Assembly: GCA_963836075.1 (NCBI GenBank)
Contig: CAWIIB010000001.1
Location: forward strand, 128,001 to 192,000
Length of the DNA stretch: 64,000 nt
Origin: an uncultured Acidobacteriota bacterium
Lineage (GTDB): Bacteria; Acidobacteriota; JAQAZP01
Direction: 5' to 3'
Shown here: one piece after another, positions 46,007 to 54,734 of the stretch
Layout of the letters: every line of letters starts with the position of its first letter
How positions within the stretch are numbered: the first letter of the stretch is position 1
Made by a program: the position numbers and the translations under genes
The notes under the pieces: generated by a model
What the model saw: only the letters and a program-made list of their open reading frames with translations
What the model was told of the DNA's origin: nothing
The model's database searches: none

Positions 46007-47011
46007 ATGGAACAGCATTCCGGCCGGCAGGGTTCGATTTACTGGAGGGTCGCCGCCGCAGCCATGGGCGCGGCGGCCCTTTTCCTCTTTCCCCCCTGCT
46101 GTTTCCCGCTAAACTTTCTCGCCGCTGTGCCCTGCGTGCAGGTGCGGGCCAGGCTTGGTCCGTTCCATGGCTGGCTGGTCACCGGTCTGGCCGGAGTGGC
46201 GGTGGCGCTGGTCACCGGAGTGCTGTACGGACTGACCGCCGGCGTCGGGTTCGGGCTCTTCTTTGCCGGAGTGGTGGCCGCCCCGGCGGTGGTGATGGCC
46301 GGCTGGGTCGATAGGGGAGTCAGGACGGACCACGCCCTGCTGCTCGGTTTTGCCTTCTGCCTGATCGTTCTGGCGGGGGCCTTCCTGCTGTTCGGCGTGA
46401 CGCTGGGGGTGAGCCCCGGCGAGTTCGTCAACCGGATGAACCAGGAGAACATCGACCTGTTGCAGGAGATGCTGGACCGCTCGATCACCGATCAGCAGCA
46501 GCAGGAGATGCAGCCGCTGTGGGAGAGTGTGGAGGACGGCCCGCGGCTGCTGGGGGACTACCTCTTCGCCATTCTGGGGATCTGGTTCCTCACCGGCCTC
46601 AGTGCCGTGTCTTCCATAATGGCCAGGTCACGGAGATGGGGTGCGCCTGAACGGTTTTCACCCGTGGACAGCCTGCGGGTGGTGGTCCCGGACCTGGCCG
46701 TGTACCCCTTCATCCTCTGCGGGTTACTGACCCTGTTCCGCATTGATGCTCTGAGGACATGGTGCTACAATATCCTGATTATTCTAGGGTTTATGTTCTT
46801 TTTGTGCGGTGTCTCCATTCTGGCCTGGTTCATGTCCCGGCTGGGGGTGCCGTTGGTGTTCAAGATTCTGTTGAGCCTGTTGCTCCTGTCCTATCCCCCG
46901 TTCTGCCTGGTGCTGGCCGGGGTGGGGCTTTTTGATCACTGGTTCGATTTTCGAAAATTGCGCGCGGAGGGCCCGGGCGGCCCGCCGGGCGATCCCGCGG
47001 ACAGCGGGTGA
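46007..47011 (+). CDS. DUF2232 (YybS-like) membrane protein
   Basis: Polytopic; C-terminal GLFDHWFDFRK; rpsR-DUF2232-rplI synteny. Confidence 0.85.
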   Translation: MEQHSGRQGSIYWRVAAAAMGAAALFLFPPCCFPLNFLAAVPCVQVRARLGPFHGWLVTGLAGVAVALVTGVLYGLTAGVGFGLFFAGVVAAPAVVMAGWVDRGVRTDHALLLGFAFCLIVLAGAFLLFGVTLGVSPGEFVNRMNQENIDLLQEMLDRSITDQQQQEMQPLWESVEDGPRLLGDYLFAILGIWFLTGLSAVSSIMARSRRWGAPERFSPVDSLRVVVPDLAVYPFILCGLLTLFRIDALRTWCYNILIILGFMFFLCGVSILAWFMSRLGVPLVFKILLSLLLLSYPPFCLVLAGVGLFDHWFDFRKLRAEGPGGPPGDPADSG

Positions 47012-47068
47012 GATATGATCGCACGATGTACGGAACTGTTATCAAGAATGACCGTCGGAGGCTTTGAG

Positions 47069-47515
47069 ATGATGAAAATTATCCTGCGAGAAGATGTGGC
47101 GTCCCTGGGTGCCAAGGGGACGGTGGTGGACGTGGCCAATGGCTACGGCCGGAACTATCTGATCCCCAGGGGTTTTGCCTACCTGGCCACCCCGGGCAAC
47201 CTCAACCGCTACGAGGAGGAGAAGAAGTTCTTTGACGCCCGCAGCATCAAGGAGAAGGATGAGGCCCAGGCCCTGGCTTCGCGACTGACCAACATCTCCT
47301 GCACCATCGCCAAAAAGGTGGGAGAAAACGAAGTGCTCTACGGCTCGGTGACCAACGCGGATATCGCCGCCGTGCTCAAGGAAGAGGGCTTTAACGTGGA
47401 CAAGCGGAAGATCGTCATCGACGAACCGCTGAAAAAACTTGGTGTTTACAACATCCCCATCAAGCTGCACCTCGACGTCACCGCCGAATTGAAGGTCTGG
47501 GTGGTCAAGGAGTAG
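47069..47515 (+). CDS. rplI: 50S ribosomal protein L9
   Basis: MKIILREDVASLG...VANGYGRNYLIP...LYGSVT. Confidence 0.97.
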   Translation: MMKIILREDVASLGAKGTVVDVANGYGRNYLIPRGFAYLATPGNLNRYEEEKKFFDARSIKEKDEAQALASRLTNISCTIAKKVGENEVLYGSVTNADIAAVLKEEGFNVDKRKIVIDEPLKKLGVYNIPIKLHLDVTAELKVWVVKE

Positions 47516-47540
47516 GGGAGTCCAGAGGAGGAACGCCACC

Positions 47541-48848
47541 ATGGGCGATTCCGGCGACAAACGGATTCCCGCGGATTTTACCAGCAACCCGGACACCAGT
47601 CTGGAGACCTGGTCGGACGTCTGGAACAGCGGGCGGGAACTGGCGGTCTCTTCACACCGCCCGGTCATCGGGCCCTTCATCGTCCTGTTCAAGAAACTGG
47701 TGCGCAAGCTGGTCAAACCAGCGCTGGCCGACCTGTTCGAACTGCAGAAAAGTTTCAACACCGTTCTGATCCACAACATCGAGCGGGTGGAGAGCGAAGG
47801 GATCACCAGGTCCCAACTGGGCGAGGAGCGTCTTCTGGAACAGACGGAAAAGATCAACAGCCGGGCGGACAGCCTCTTTGTGGTGCTGGACAAACGGCTG
47901 GAGACCCTGGACCGGCAGCTGGACGGGTTTGCCGGCGAACAGACCCGGCAGACCCGGGCCCACCTGGAGAGCCTCACCGAAGAATACCGTCGCAGCACCG
48001 AGCATACGGAAGAGCTCTCGCGGCGGTTGGGTGAACTGCGGCAGCAGCAGTTCATGATCAACCGCAGACTGCAGCGGCTTGCCGGCAGTGCGGAGGGCAG
48101 CCCCGCCGCGCCCGGGTCGTCTCCCGCGGCCGATGACGGGAGCGGCGAACACCTTGATGACCACGCCTACTATCTTTTCGAGAACATCTTCCGCGGTGCG
48201 GAGGAGGTGATCCTCGAACGGCAGTCAGTCTACCTGCCCTACTATCGCGGAGCGGAAAACGTGCTGGACGTGGGCTGCGGGCGGGGCGAATTTCTCGAAC
48301 TGCTCCGGCGGGAGGACGTGCCGGCCTACGGTATCGACCTCAACGAGGATATGATCCAGGTCTGTCGCGAGAAAGGTTTCGATGTCCGTCAGGCCGATGC
48401 GCTGCAGCACCTGGCGTCGCTGCCCCCGGAGAGCCTCGGCGGCGTCTTCATGGCCCAGTTTATCGAGCACCTTCCCGCCGCCGTCATCGTGGAAGCGGCC
48501 CGTCTGGCCTTTGACAAGCTGCGGCCCGGGTCGCACCTGGTGATGGAAACCCAGAATCCGCTGTCCATGGTGGTTTCAGCGAGAAATTTCTACACCGACA
48601 TGTCGCACATCAGGCCGGTGCACCCCGAAGCGGCGAGATTCATGCTGCAGATGGTCGGTTTCCAGCGGGTGGACCTGAAGTTTCTGGCCCCCTTCAGCCC
48701 CGATGAGCAGCTGAAACCGATTCTCGCCGACGGCCTCGCTCCACCAGTCACCGACCGGCACCTGTTCGAGAGGGTGGACGGAAACTTCGAGAAGCTCAAT
48801 GACCTGATGTTCGGCTACCAGGATTTTGCCGTCATCGGCCAAAAGTGA
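47541..48848 (+). CDS. Class I SAM methyltransferase with N-terminal amphipathic helix and coiled coil (glycan-capping type)
   Basis: FENIFRG, VLDVGCGRGEFL, IEHL, ETQNP and FYTDMSHIRP motifs; heptad-rich region before the MTase domain. Confidence 0.85.
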   Translation: MGDSGDKRIPADFTSNPDTSLETWSDVWNSGRELAVSSHRPVIGPFIVLFKKLVRKLVKPALADLFELQKSFNTVLIHNIERVESEGITRSQLGEERLLEQTEKINSRADSLFVVLDKRLETLDRQLDGFAGEQTRQTRAHLESLTEEYRRSTEHTEELSRRLGELRQQQFMINRRLQRLAGSAEGSPAAPGSSPAADDGSGEHLDDHAYYLFENIFRGAEEVILERQSVYLPYYRGAENVLDVGCGRGEFLELLRREDVPAYGIDLNEDMIQVCREKGFDVRQADALQHLASLPPESLGGVFMAQFIEHLPAAVIVEAARLAFDKLRPGSHLVMETQNPLSMVVSARNFYTDMSHIRPVHPEAARFMLQMVGFQRVDLKFLAPFSPDEQLKPILADGLAPPVTDRHLFERVDGNFEKLNDLMFGYQDFAVIGQK

Positions 48849-50572
48849 CACGGCGGCCCCAGGTGAACGTTGCCTATTTCAGCCCGCTGAGCCCGGTGCG
48901 CTCCGGCATTTCCGACTACAGCCAGGAGTTGCTCCCCCTGTTGGGCCCGCTGGTGGACCGGCTGGACCTTTTTGTGGACGGCTACACCCCGGATTGCCGT
49001 GGAATCACCGAACAGTTCTCCTGCCACCCGGCGGAGCGGTTTCCGGACCTTGCCGCTCAGGCCGGTTATGACGTGGTGCTCTACCAGCAGGGAAACAACC
49101 CGCACCACGAATACATCTACCGCCGGGCAATGGAAACACCCGGCGTGGTGGTGCTCCACGATTACGTCCTGCACCACCTGCTCACCGAGATGACCCTGGC
49201 CCGCGGTGACGAGCAGGCCTACCTGGAGATGATGCTGGCCAACCATGGGCCCATCGGCTACAGAATGGGCCGGCTGCGCATCGACGGCCTGTGGAGCGAC
49301 CTGCAGCACTTCCTCTACCCGGCCTGCTGGCAGCTGCTCAGGGCCTCCAGGGGCGTGCTGGTCCATTCACCATATATGGCGCGGTTACTCCGGGGGCACC
49401 TGCCGTCATCGATACCGGTGCGCCGGGTCCCCATGGGGATCGTCCTTCCAGTCCAGGGGGCCGACCAGCAGACCAGGGCTGCCGCCCGGCAGCGGCTGGA
49501 ATTGAGCCCGGATACCCTGGTCATCGGTTCCTTCGGGTTTGTCACCCCGATGAAGCAGCTGGATCTGGCTCTCCGCGCCGTGGCCCTGGTCCGGCAGCAA
49601 CTCTCCCAGCCGGTCTGTTTCGTGGTGGTGGGGGAGGTGTCCGATGCCTGCCCTCTCCAGGAACAGGCCGCCGCCCTGGGCCTCGGGGATGCTGTCCGAT
49701 TCACCGGATACATCGACGCCCCTGCTTTCAACGAGTATCTCCATGCAGTGGACCTGGCTCTCAACCTGCGTTATCCCACCGCCGGAGAGACCTCAGCCAG
49801 CCTGCTCAGGGTGATGGGCTCGGGCGTTCCGGTGGTGGTGCCACGCTACCGGCAGTATGCGGACATTCCTCAGGAGACCTGCGTGCACCTCGATCCCGGG
49901 GACGGTGAGGATGAACGCCTGTCCAGCCTGATCGCTGAACTGGCCGGCGACCCGGAACGGTGTTTGCGTCTGGGGCAGGCGGCGCGGGATTTTGTTGCCC
50001 GGGAACACAGCCTGGAGGGTGCGGCCCGGGGATATGCCGACTTTCTGGAGGGCCTGGGCAGCGGCACGGCCGGCGAGAGTGAGGAGCAGCGCGGGCAGAC
50101 TTCCCGCTGGATAGGTCTGGCGCCCCGGATGCCGGCGGGAAGCGGGCCGTGTGCCGGGGACGGCTACCGCAGGAACAGCCGGGTGCCCGGTGGTCTTGAC
50201 GCCGGGGTGCGGGTGCTGGATCGCATTCTCTCCGCCGGTGCCGGCGAAGAGGGCTGCGTGAGGCTGGAAATCACCAACCGCGGCGATACGGTCTGGATCT
50301 CCGAACCGAACCTCCACGGGGGGTATGTGATCGTGGCCGCGCGGATTTTCGACCGCCGCGGGCGGCTGTGCGGCCCCGAGCAGCAGTGGCAGCAACTGCC
50401 GGAAAACATGGGCCCGGGCTCCACGAAAGTGATCAACTGCCCGTTCCGCTTCCCCCACCGACCGGGGAACTATTCCGTCCGCTTCGACTTGCTCGATGTG
50501 GGCATCAGCTGGTTTTCCATGGATCAGCAGCCTGCGGAGCGTCTTCCTGGTTTCGATGTCACCGTGGGGTGA
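48845..50572 (+). CDS. GT4-family glycosyltransferase with C-terminal Ig-like domain
   Basis: FSPLSPVRSGISDYS, YQQGNNPHH, VVLHD, FGFVTPMK and LRYPTAGETSASLL motifs. Confidence 0.88.
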   Translation: MTRRPQVNVAYFSPLSPVRSGISDYSQELLPLLGPLVDRLDLFVDGYTPDCRGITEQFSCHPAERFPDLAAQAGYDVVLYQQGNNPHHEYIYRRAMETPGVVVLHDYVLHHLLTEMTLARGDEQAYLEMMLANHGPIGYRMGRLRIDGLWSDLQHFLYPACWQLLRASRGVLVHSPYMARLLRGHLPSSIPVRRVPMGIVLPVQGADQQTRAAARQRLELSPDTLVIGSFGFVTPMKQLDLALRAVALVRQQLSQPVCFVVVGEVSDACPLQEQAAALGLGDAVRFTGYIDAPAFNEYLHAVDLALNLRYPTAGETSASLLRVMGSGVPVVVPRYRQYADIPQETCVHLDPGDGEDERLSSLIAELAGDPERCLRLGQAARDFVAREHSLEGAARGYADFLEGLGSGTAGESEEQRGQTSRWIGLAPRMPAGSGPCAGDGYRRNSRVPGGLDAGVRVLDRILSAGAGEEGCVRLEITNRGDTVWISEPNLHGGYVIVAARIFDRRGRLCGPEQQWQQLPENMGPGSTKVINCPFRFPHRPGNYSVRFDLLDVGISWFSMDQQPAERLPGFDVTVG

Positions 50573-50579
50573 ACTGCCG

Positions 50580-52887
50580 ATGACGGCCAACCCAGCAGGT
50601 CAGATCCGCAAGGTTGTGGCGGCGCTGATCGGTACTGCCTTCGCTGTTTCTTGTTTGCTACACCGCAGCGGTGAGCCGGGACAGGATGCCGGGATCGTTC
50701 ATCGCCGAAGAGGCGACCTACTTTCTGATGACCCGCAGCCTGTGGGAAGAAGGCGACCTGCTCTGGACCTGGAAGGACTCCCGTTACGCGGCCGCCCACC
50801 ACCGTGGCGGACTGGCCGACGTGGTCCTGATGACGCCGGACCGGGGCGAACGGGTCTACTTCGCCAAGCCCTATCTCTACTCAATCGTCGCTGTCCCCTT
50901 TTACGCCCTGCTGGGAACCAACGGGTTTCTGGTCTTCAATGCCCTGATGTTCGTGCTGCTGGCATCGCTGGGCATCCGCTACCTCCGGAGTTGCAACCCG
51001 CCGGTGCGGGCCGTGCTGCTGGGAGGCTCCTTTTTCCTCTTCTCCGCCTCGGTCCCTTACATTTTCTGGATCCAGCCGGAAGTGTTCAACATGCTCACCC
51101 TGTTCCTGGGCTGTTATTTCTGGCTATATCCGGGGCCGGGAATGGCCGGGGCCGCCGGCGGGGCATCCCCGGCCCCGGTGGGACTTCGTGATCCCGTGGT
51201 CCGTGTGGGGCTGGCCGGGTTCTTTTTCGCCCTCTCCGCATTCTCCAAATTGCCGCACCTCGCCTTCGGTGCCGCCCTGGTGCTGCACTGCCTGTTCACC
51301 AGGCGTTGGGGGCGGATGCTATCCGCCCTGCTGGCTTTTCTGTTAACGCTGACCGTCCTGCACATGGGGCAACTGGCCCTCAGTGAAACGGTTTCCGTCT
51401 ATCACTCGACGAGGAAGAGCTTCAGCGATCTTGAGACTTTCCCGCACAATGTTCCCAGTGCGGTGGCCTGGCGACAGGCCGACCAGGGCGGGGTGAGCCG
51501 CTACGGCGGGGGTGGTATGGGCCTGGTCCGTCTCGACGGGCGGGCCGCGTACAATGTCAAGTATCTCTTTTTAGGCCGGCACACCGGTCTGTTTCCCTAC
51601 TTCTTTCCTGCACTGGCGGCCCTGGGCCTCTACCTGTTGCGCCTGCGCAGCCGCAGGATGGCCGGACGGGGATTCCTGCTCCTCGCCCTGCTGATGGTGC
51701 TGCTCTTCTACATCCTCTGGTTCCCGGCCAACTACCAGGGAGGCCCGCATTTTGTGGGGAACCGGCACGTGGTTTCCATCTATCCGGCGTTTCTCTTCCT
51801 GGTGGGATCGGTTGCCGGAGTCTCTGTTCACCTGGTGAGCTGGGCCATTGCCGGACTGTTCCTGGCCCAGGTGATCTTTTCCCCCTTCGGCGCCGCCGGT
51901 CCACGCTCCGACCTGCAGGGGCACGCCAGGTCGCCGCTGTTTCGCCTGCTGCCCTATGAAACAACCTTGCGCTACGTCCCGGGCTATGCCGAGATCAACT
52001 TCGGCATGAAGTTTACTCCGAAACGCTACCTGGTGCGCCTGCTGGGTGGCGGCCGGTTGATCCTCGAGGGAACTCGTTTCCGGCTGGTGGGTCAAGAGAC
52101 TGCCGAGTTGCTGGTGGTCTCCAGGCAGCCCCTGGCCAGGTTGATCTTTCTCAGCGACTCCCCGCTGGTGGAGGCCTGGTGCCGTGGAGCGGAGGGCCGG
52201 GTGATCATCGCCGGTCTGCCGCGGTTTTCTCCCGATCCGCTGAGGCCGCCGGTGACCGAAGAGGAACTGCGGCTGGTGCTGGAGAAACCACGCCCCAACG
52301 CGGTGCACACCGACTGGAGGGACAGGGAGAAACGTTTCTTTTACCGGGTGGCCTTTCGTCGACTCCCGGGAGGAGAAGGCCGGCGTCCCGGCCCATCGAT
52401 CAGGCTGGCCTTTCTGGGGGAGGGGGAACCCTGGTTCAGGGAAGCGTATTTTCATGCCATGCTGGAGTACGCCGACGTGCCGGAACTTTTGATGGCCGGG
52501 GAGCAGGTGGCCGTGCCGGTCCGGGTTCTCTCGCGCAGCCCCTTTGCCTGGGACCGTTCGGTGCGTCTTTCCTATCACTGGCGCCGAGCCTCATACGATC
52601 CGTCCATACCCGGTGCGGTACGTGTGTGGGACGGGCTCCAGACACTGCTTCCCGGGGGAGTGCTGGGGCCGGGAGAGTTGCTTGAGGGTTCGATGCAGGT
52701 CCGGGCCCCCGGCGAAGCCGGTGACTACGTTCTCGAACTGGACCTGGTGGCGGACCAGGTGGCCTGGTTCGCCGCGAAGTCAGCGGCCCGGGAGCCGTTG
52801 GGCAGGTTCCCCGTGCGGGTGTTGGACAACCGGGACGGGGACGGGGACGGGGACGGGGACGGGGACAATGCAGGCTCAAGCCACTGA
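50580..52887 (+). CDS. GT-C-type polytopic membrane glycosyltransferase with C-terminal Ig-like domain; apparent frameshift near 50645-50665
   Basis: Acidic loop AEEATY after the first TM; many TM helices; GRHTGLFPYF and GNRH motifs. The first TM (MTANPAGQIRKVVAALIGTAFAV) lies in another frame than the main ORF 50671-52887. Confidence 0.7.
52831..52866 (+). repeat. Hexanucleotide tandem repeat CGGGAC(GGGGAC)5
   Basis: Directly visible; encodes RDGDGDGDGDGD near the C-terminus of the GT-C. Confidence 0.95.
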
Positions 52888-52947
52888 AACGATACCGCTA
52901 ATCATGTATGATAGTACAGCGCTCACGCTTCCAGGATCAGAACAGGA

Positions 52948-53754
52948 ATGAGAATGACCGATTCAACCAGCCACACCGGCGAAGACCGCGGAGTTCAGCC
53001 CACGGCTCTGCACGCTGAACTGCACGACAGCAGCGTATCGGCCGCGGGAAAATACCGCCGGCTCACCGTGGGTGACCGGGGGCTGCTCTTCCTGCTCTAT
53101 TACGAATTGGTGACCTTTTTCTTCTCCTGGATGCCTGGAGCGGCGGGCTTTCTGCTGCGCGGTATGTTTTACCGTCCGCTGTTCGGGTCGTTGGGCCGGG
53201 GGGTGGTGATCGGCCAGCACGTGACCATCCGTCACCCGCACAAGATCCGGCTGGGTGACGGCGTCGCCCTGGGGGACTATGTATCGCTCGACGCCATGGG
53301 TGGCCCGGGCTCCGGAATCGAACTGGGCCGGCAGGTGCTCATCGGCCGCAACACCGTGCTCAGCGCCAAGGGCGGCGCCATCTCCGTGGACCGGGGCACC
53401 AACATCGGTATGAACTGCCTGATCATCGCCCGTGACTCCTCGGTGACCGTGGGCCGGGACACCCTCTTTGCCGCATACTGCTACCTGATGGGCGGTGGGG
53501 TGCACGGGTTCCAGCGCACCGACGTGCCGATCATGGAACAGCACCTCCCCTCCCGCGGGGTGGCGGTGGGTTCGGATTGCTGGTTGGGCGCCGGAGTCAA
53601 GGTGGCCGACGGCGTGCAGGTGGGTGACGGCACGGTGGTCGGGGCCGGGGCCGTGGTGCTGGATCCGCTCCCGCCGCTGAGCGTGGCGTACGGGATACCG
53701 GCCCGGGTATCCCGAACACGGGACGGGAAACGGGAAAACAATGAGGAAGGGTGA
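52948..53754 (+). CDS. Hexapeptide-repeat (left-handed beta-helix) acyltransferase
   Basis: [LIV]G-x4 repeats; VGSDCWLGAGVKVADGVQVGDGTVVGAGAVV; GIPAR. Confidence 0.9.
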   Translation: MRMTDSTSHTGEDRGVQPTALHAELHDSSVSAAGKYRRLTVGDRGLLFLLYYELVTFFFSWMPGAAGFLLRGMFYRPLFGSLGRGVVIGQHVTIRHPHKIRLGDGVALGDYVSLDAMGGPGSGIELGRQVLIGRNTVLSAKGGAISVDRGTNIGMNCLIIARDSSVTVGRDTLFAAYCYLMGGGVHGFQRTDVPIMEQHLPSRGVAVGSDCWLGAGVKVADGVQVGDGTVVGAGAVVLDPLPPLSVAYGIPARVSRTRDGKRENNEEG

Positions 53755-54721
53755 ACAGATGACGGTAGACGGCCTTCTGGACAACGGCCGCACTGCTCCA
53801 GAGATTTCGGTGGTGATCCCCGTTCTCGACGAGAAGGAGAACGTGATTCCGCTCACCGAAGAGCTGCTTCAGGTGCTGGCCACCTTCGGCCGCCCATTCG
53901 AGATCATTTTTGTCGACGACGGCAGCCGGGACGGTACCACCGATCTGCTGAGTCAACTGGCCTCCGATGCACCGGAGGTGGGCCTGATCGTCTTCCGCAA
54001 GAATTTTGGCAAGGCGGCGGCGCTGCTGGCGGGGTTCGAGAGGAGTCGGGGTAAATTCGTGATCACCATGGACGGGGACCAGCAGGACGACCCTGCCGAA
54101 ATCCCGCGGCTCATCGGACGGCTGGAACAGGGTGACGACCTGGTCTCCGGCTGGAAGCGAAAACGACGTGATCCGCTGAACAAGGTCATTCCCTCGCGGC
54201 TGTTCAACATGGCCACTTCCCTGATCGGGGGACTGCGGCTGCACGATTACAACTGTGGCCTCAAGGGCTACCGCCGGACGGTGATCGAGAACATTGACCT
54301 CTACGGCGAACTGCACCGCTACATACCGGTTCTGGCTTATCGCAAGGGGTTTCGCGTGGGGGAACTTGCGGTGAACCACCGTCCGCGGACCCGCGGCCGT
54401 TCAAAATACGGGGCGAGCCGTTTTTCCAAGGGGTTCCTCGATCTGATCACCGTGTTTTTCCTCACCCGTTTCACCCGGCGACCTCTGCACCTGTTCGGCG
54501 CCGTCGGCTTGCTCTTCTTCCTCTTCGGGTTTGCCATCAACGCCTACCTCACCGTGATCTGGATCCAGGGCCGGACCATCGGACACCGGCCGCTGTTCTT
54601 CCTCGGCATCCTCTGTGTCATTGTGGGGATCCAGATGTTGTCCACCGGACTGCTGGGCGAAATGATGGCCAACTTCATCAACCGCCGTCAGCGCGACTAT
54701 GTTATCCGCGAGGAGATGTGA
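53741..54721 (+). CDS. GT2 polyprenyl-phosphate glycosyltransferase (ArnC/GtrB/DPM-like)
   Basis: SVVIPVLDE, VDDGSRDGT, RKNFGKAAAL, MDGDQQDDP, LHDYNCGLK and GELHRYIP motifs; two C-terminal TMs. Confidence 0.92.
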   Translation: MRKGEQMTVDGLLDNGRTAPEISVVIPVLDEKENVIPLTEELLQVLATFGRPFEIIFVDDGSRDGTTDLLSQLASDAPEVGLIVFRKNFGKAAALLAGFERSRGKFVITMDGDQQDDPAEIPRLIGRLEQGDDLVSGWKRKRRDPLNKVIPSRLFNMATSLIGGLRLHDYNCGLKGYRRTVIENIDLYGELHRYIPVLAYRKGFRVGELAVNHRPRTRGRSKYGASRFSKGFLDLITVFFLTRFTRRPLHLFGAVGLLFFLFGFAINAYLTVIWIQGRTIGHRPLFFLGILCVIVGIQMLSTGLLGEMMANFINRRQRDYVIREEM

Positions 54722-54734
54722 AGGAGGTTCAGCC

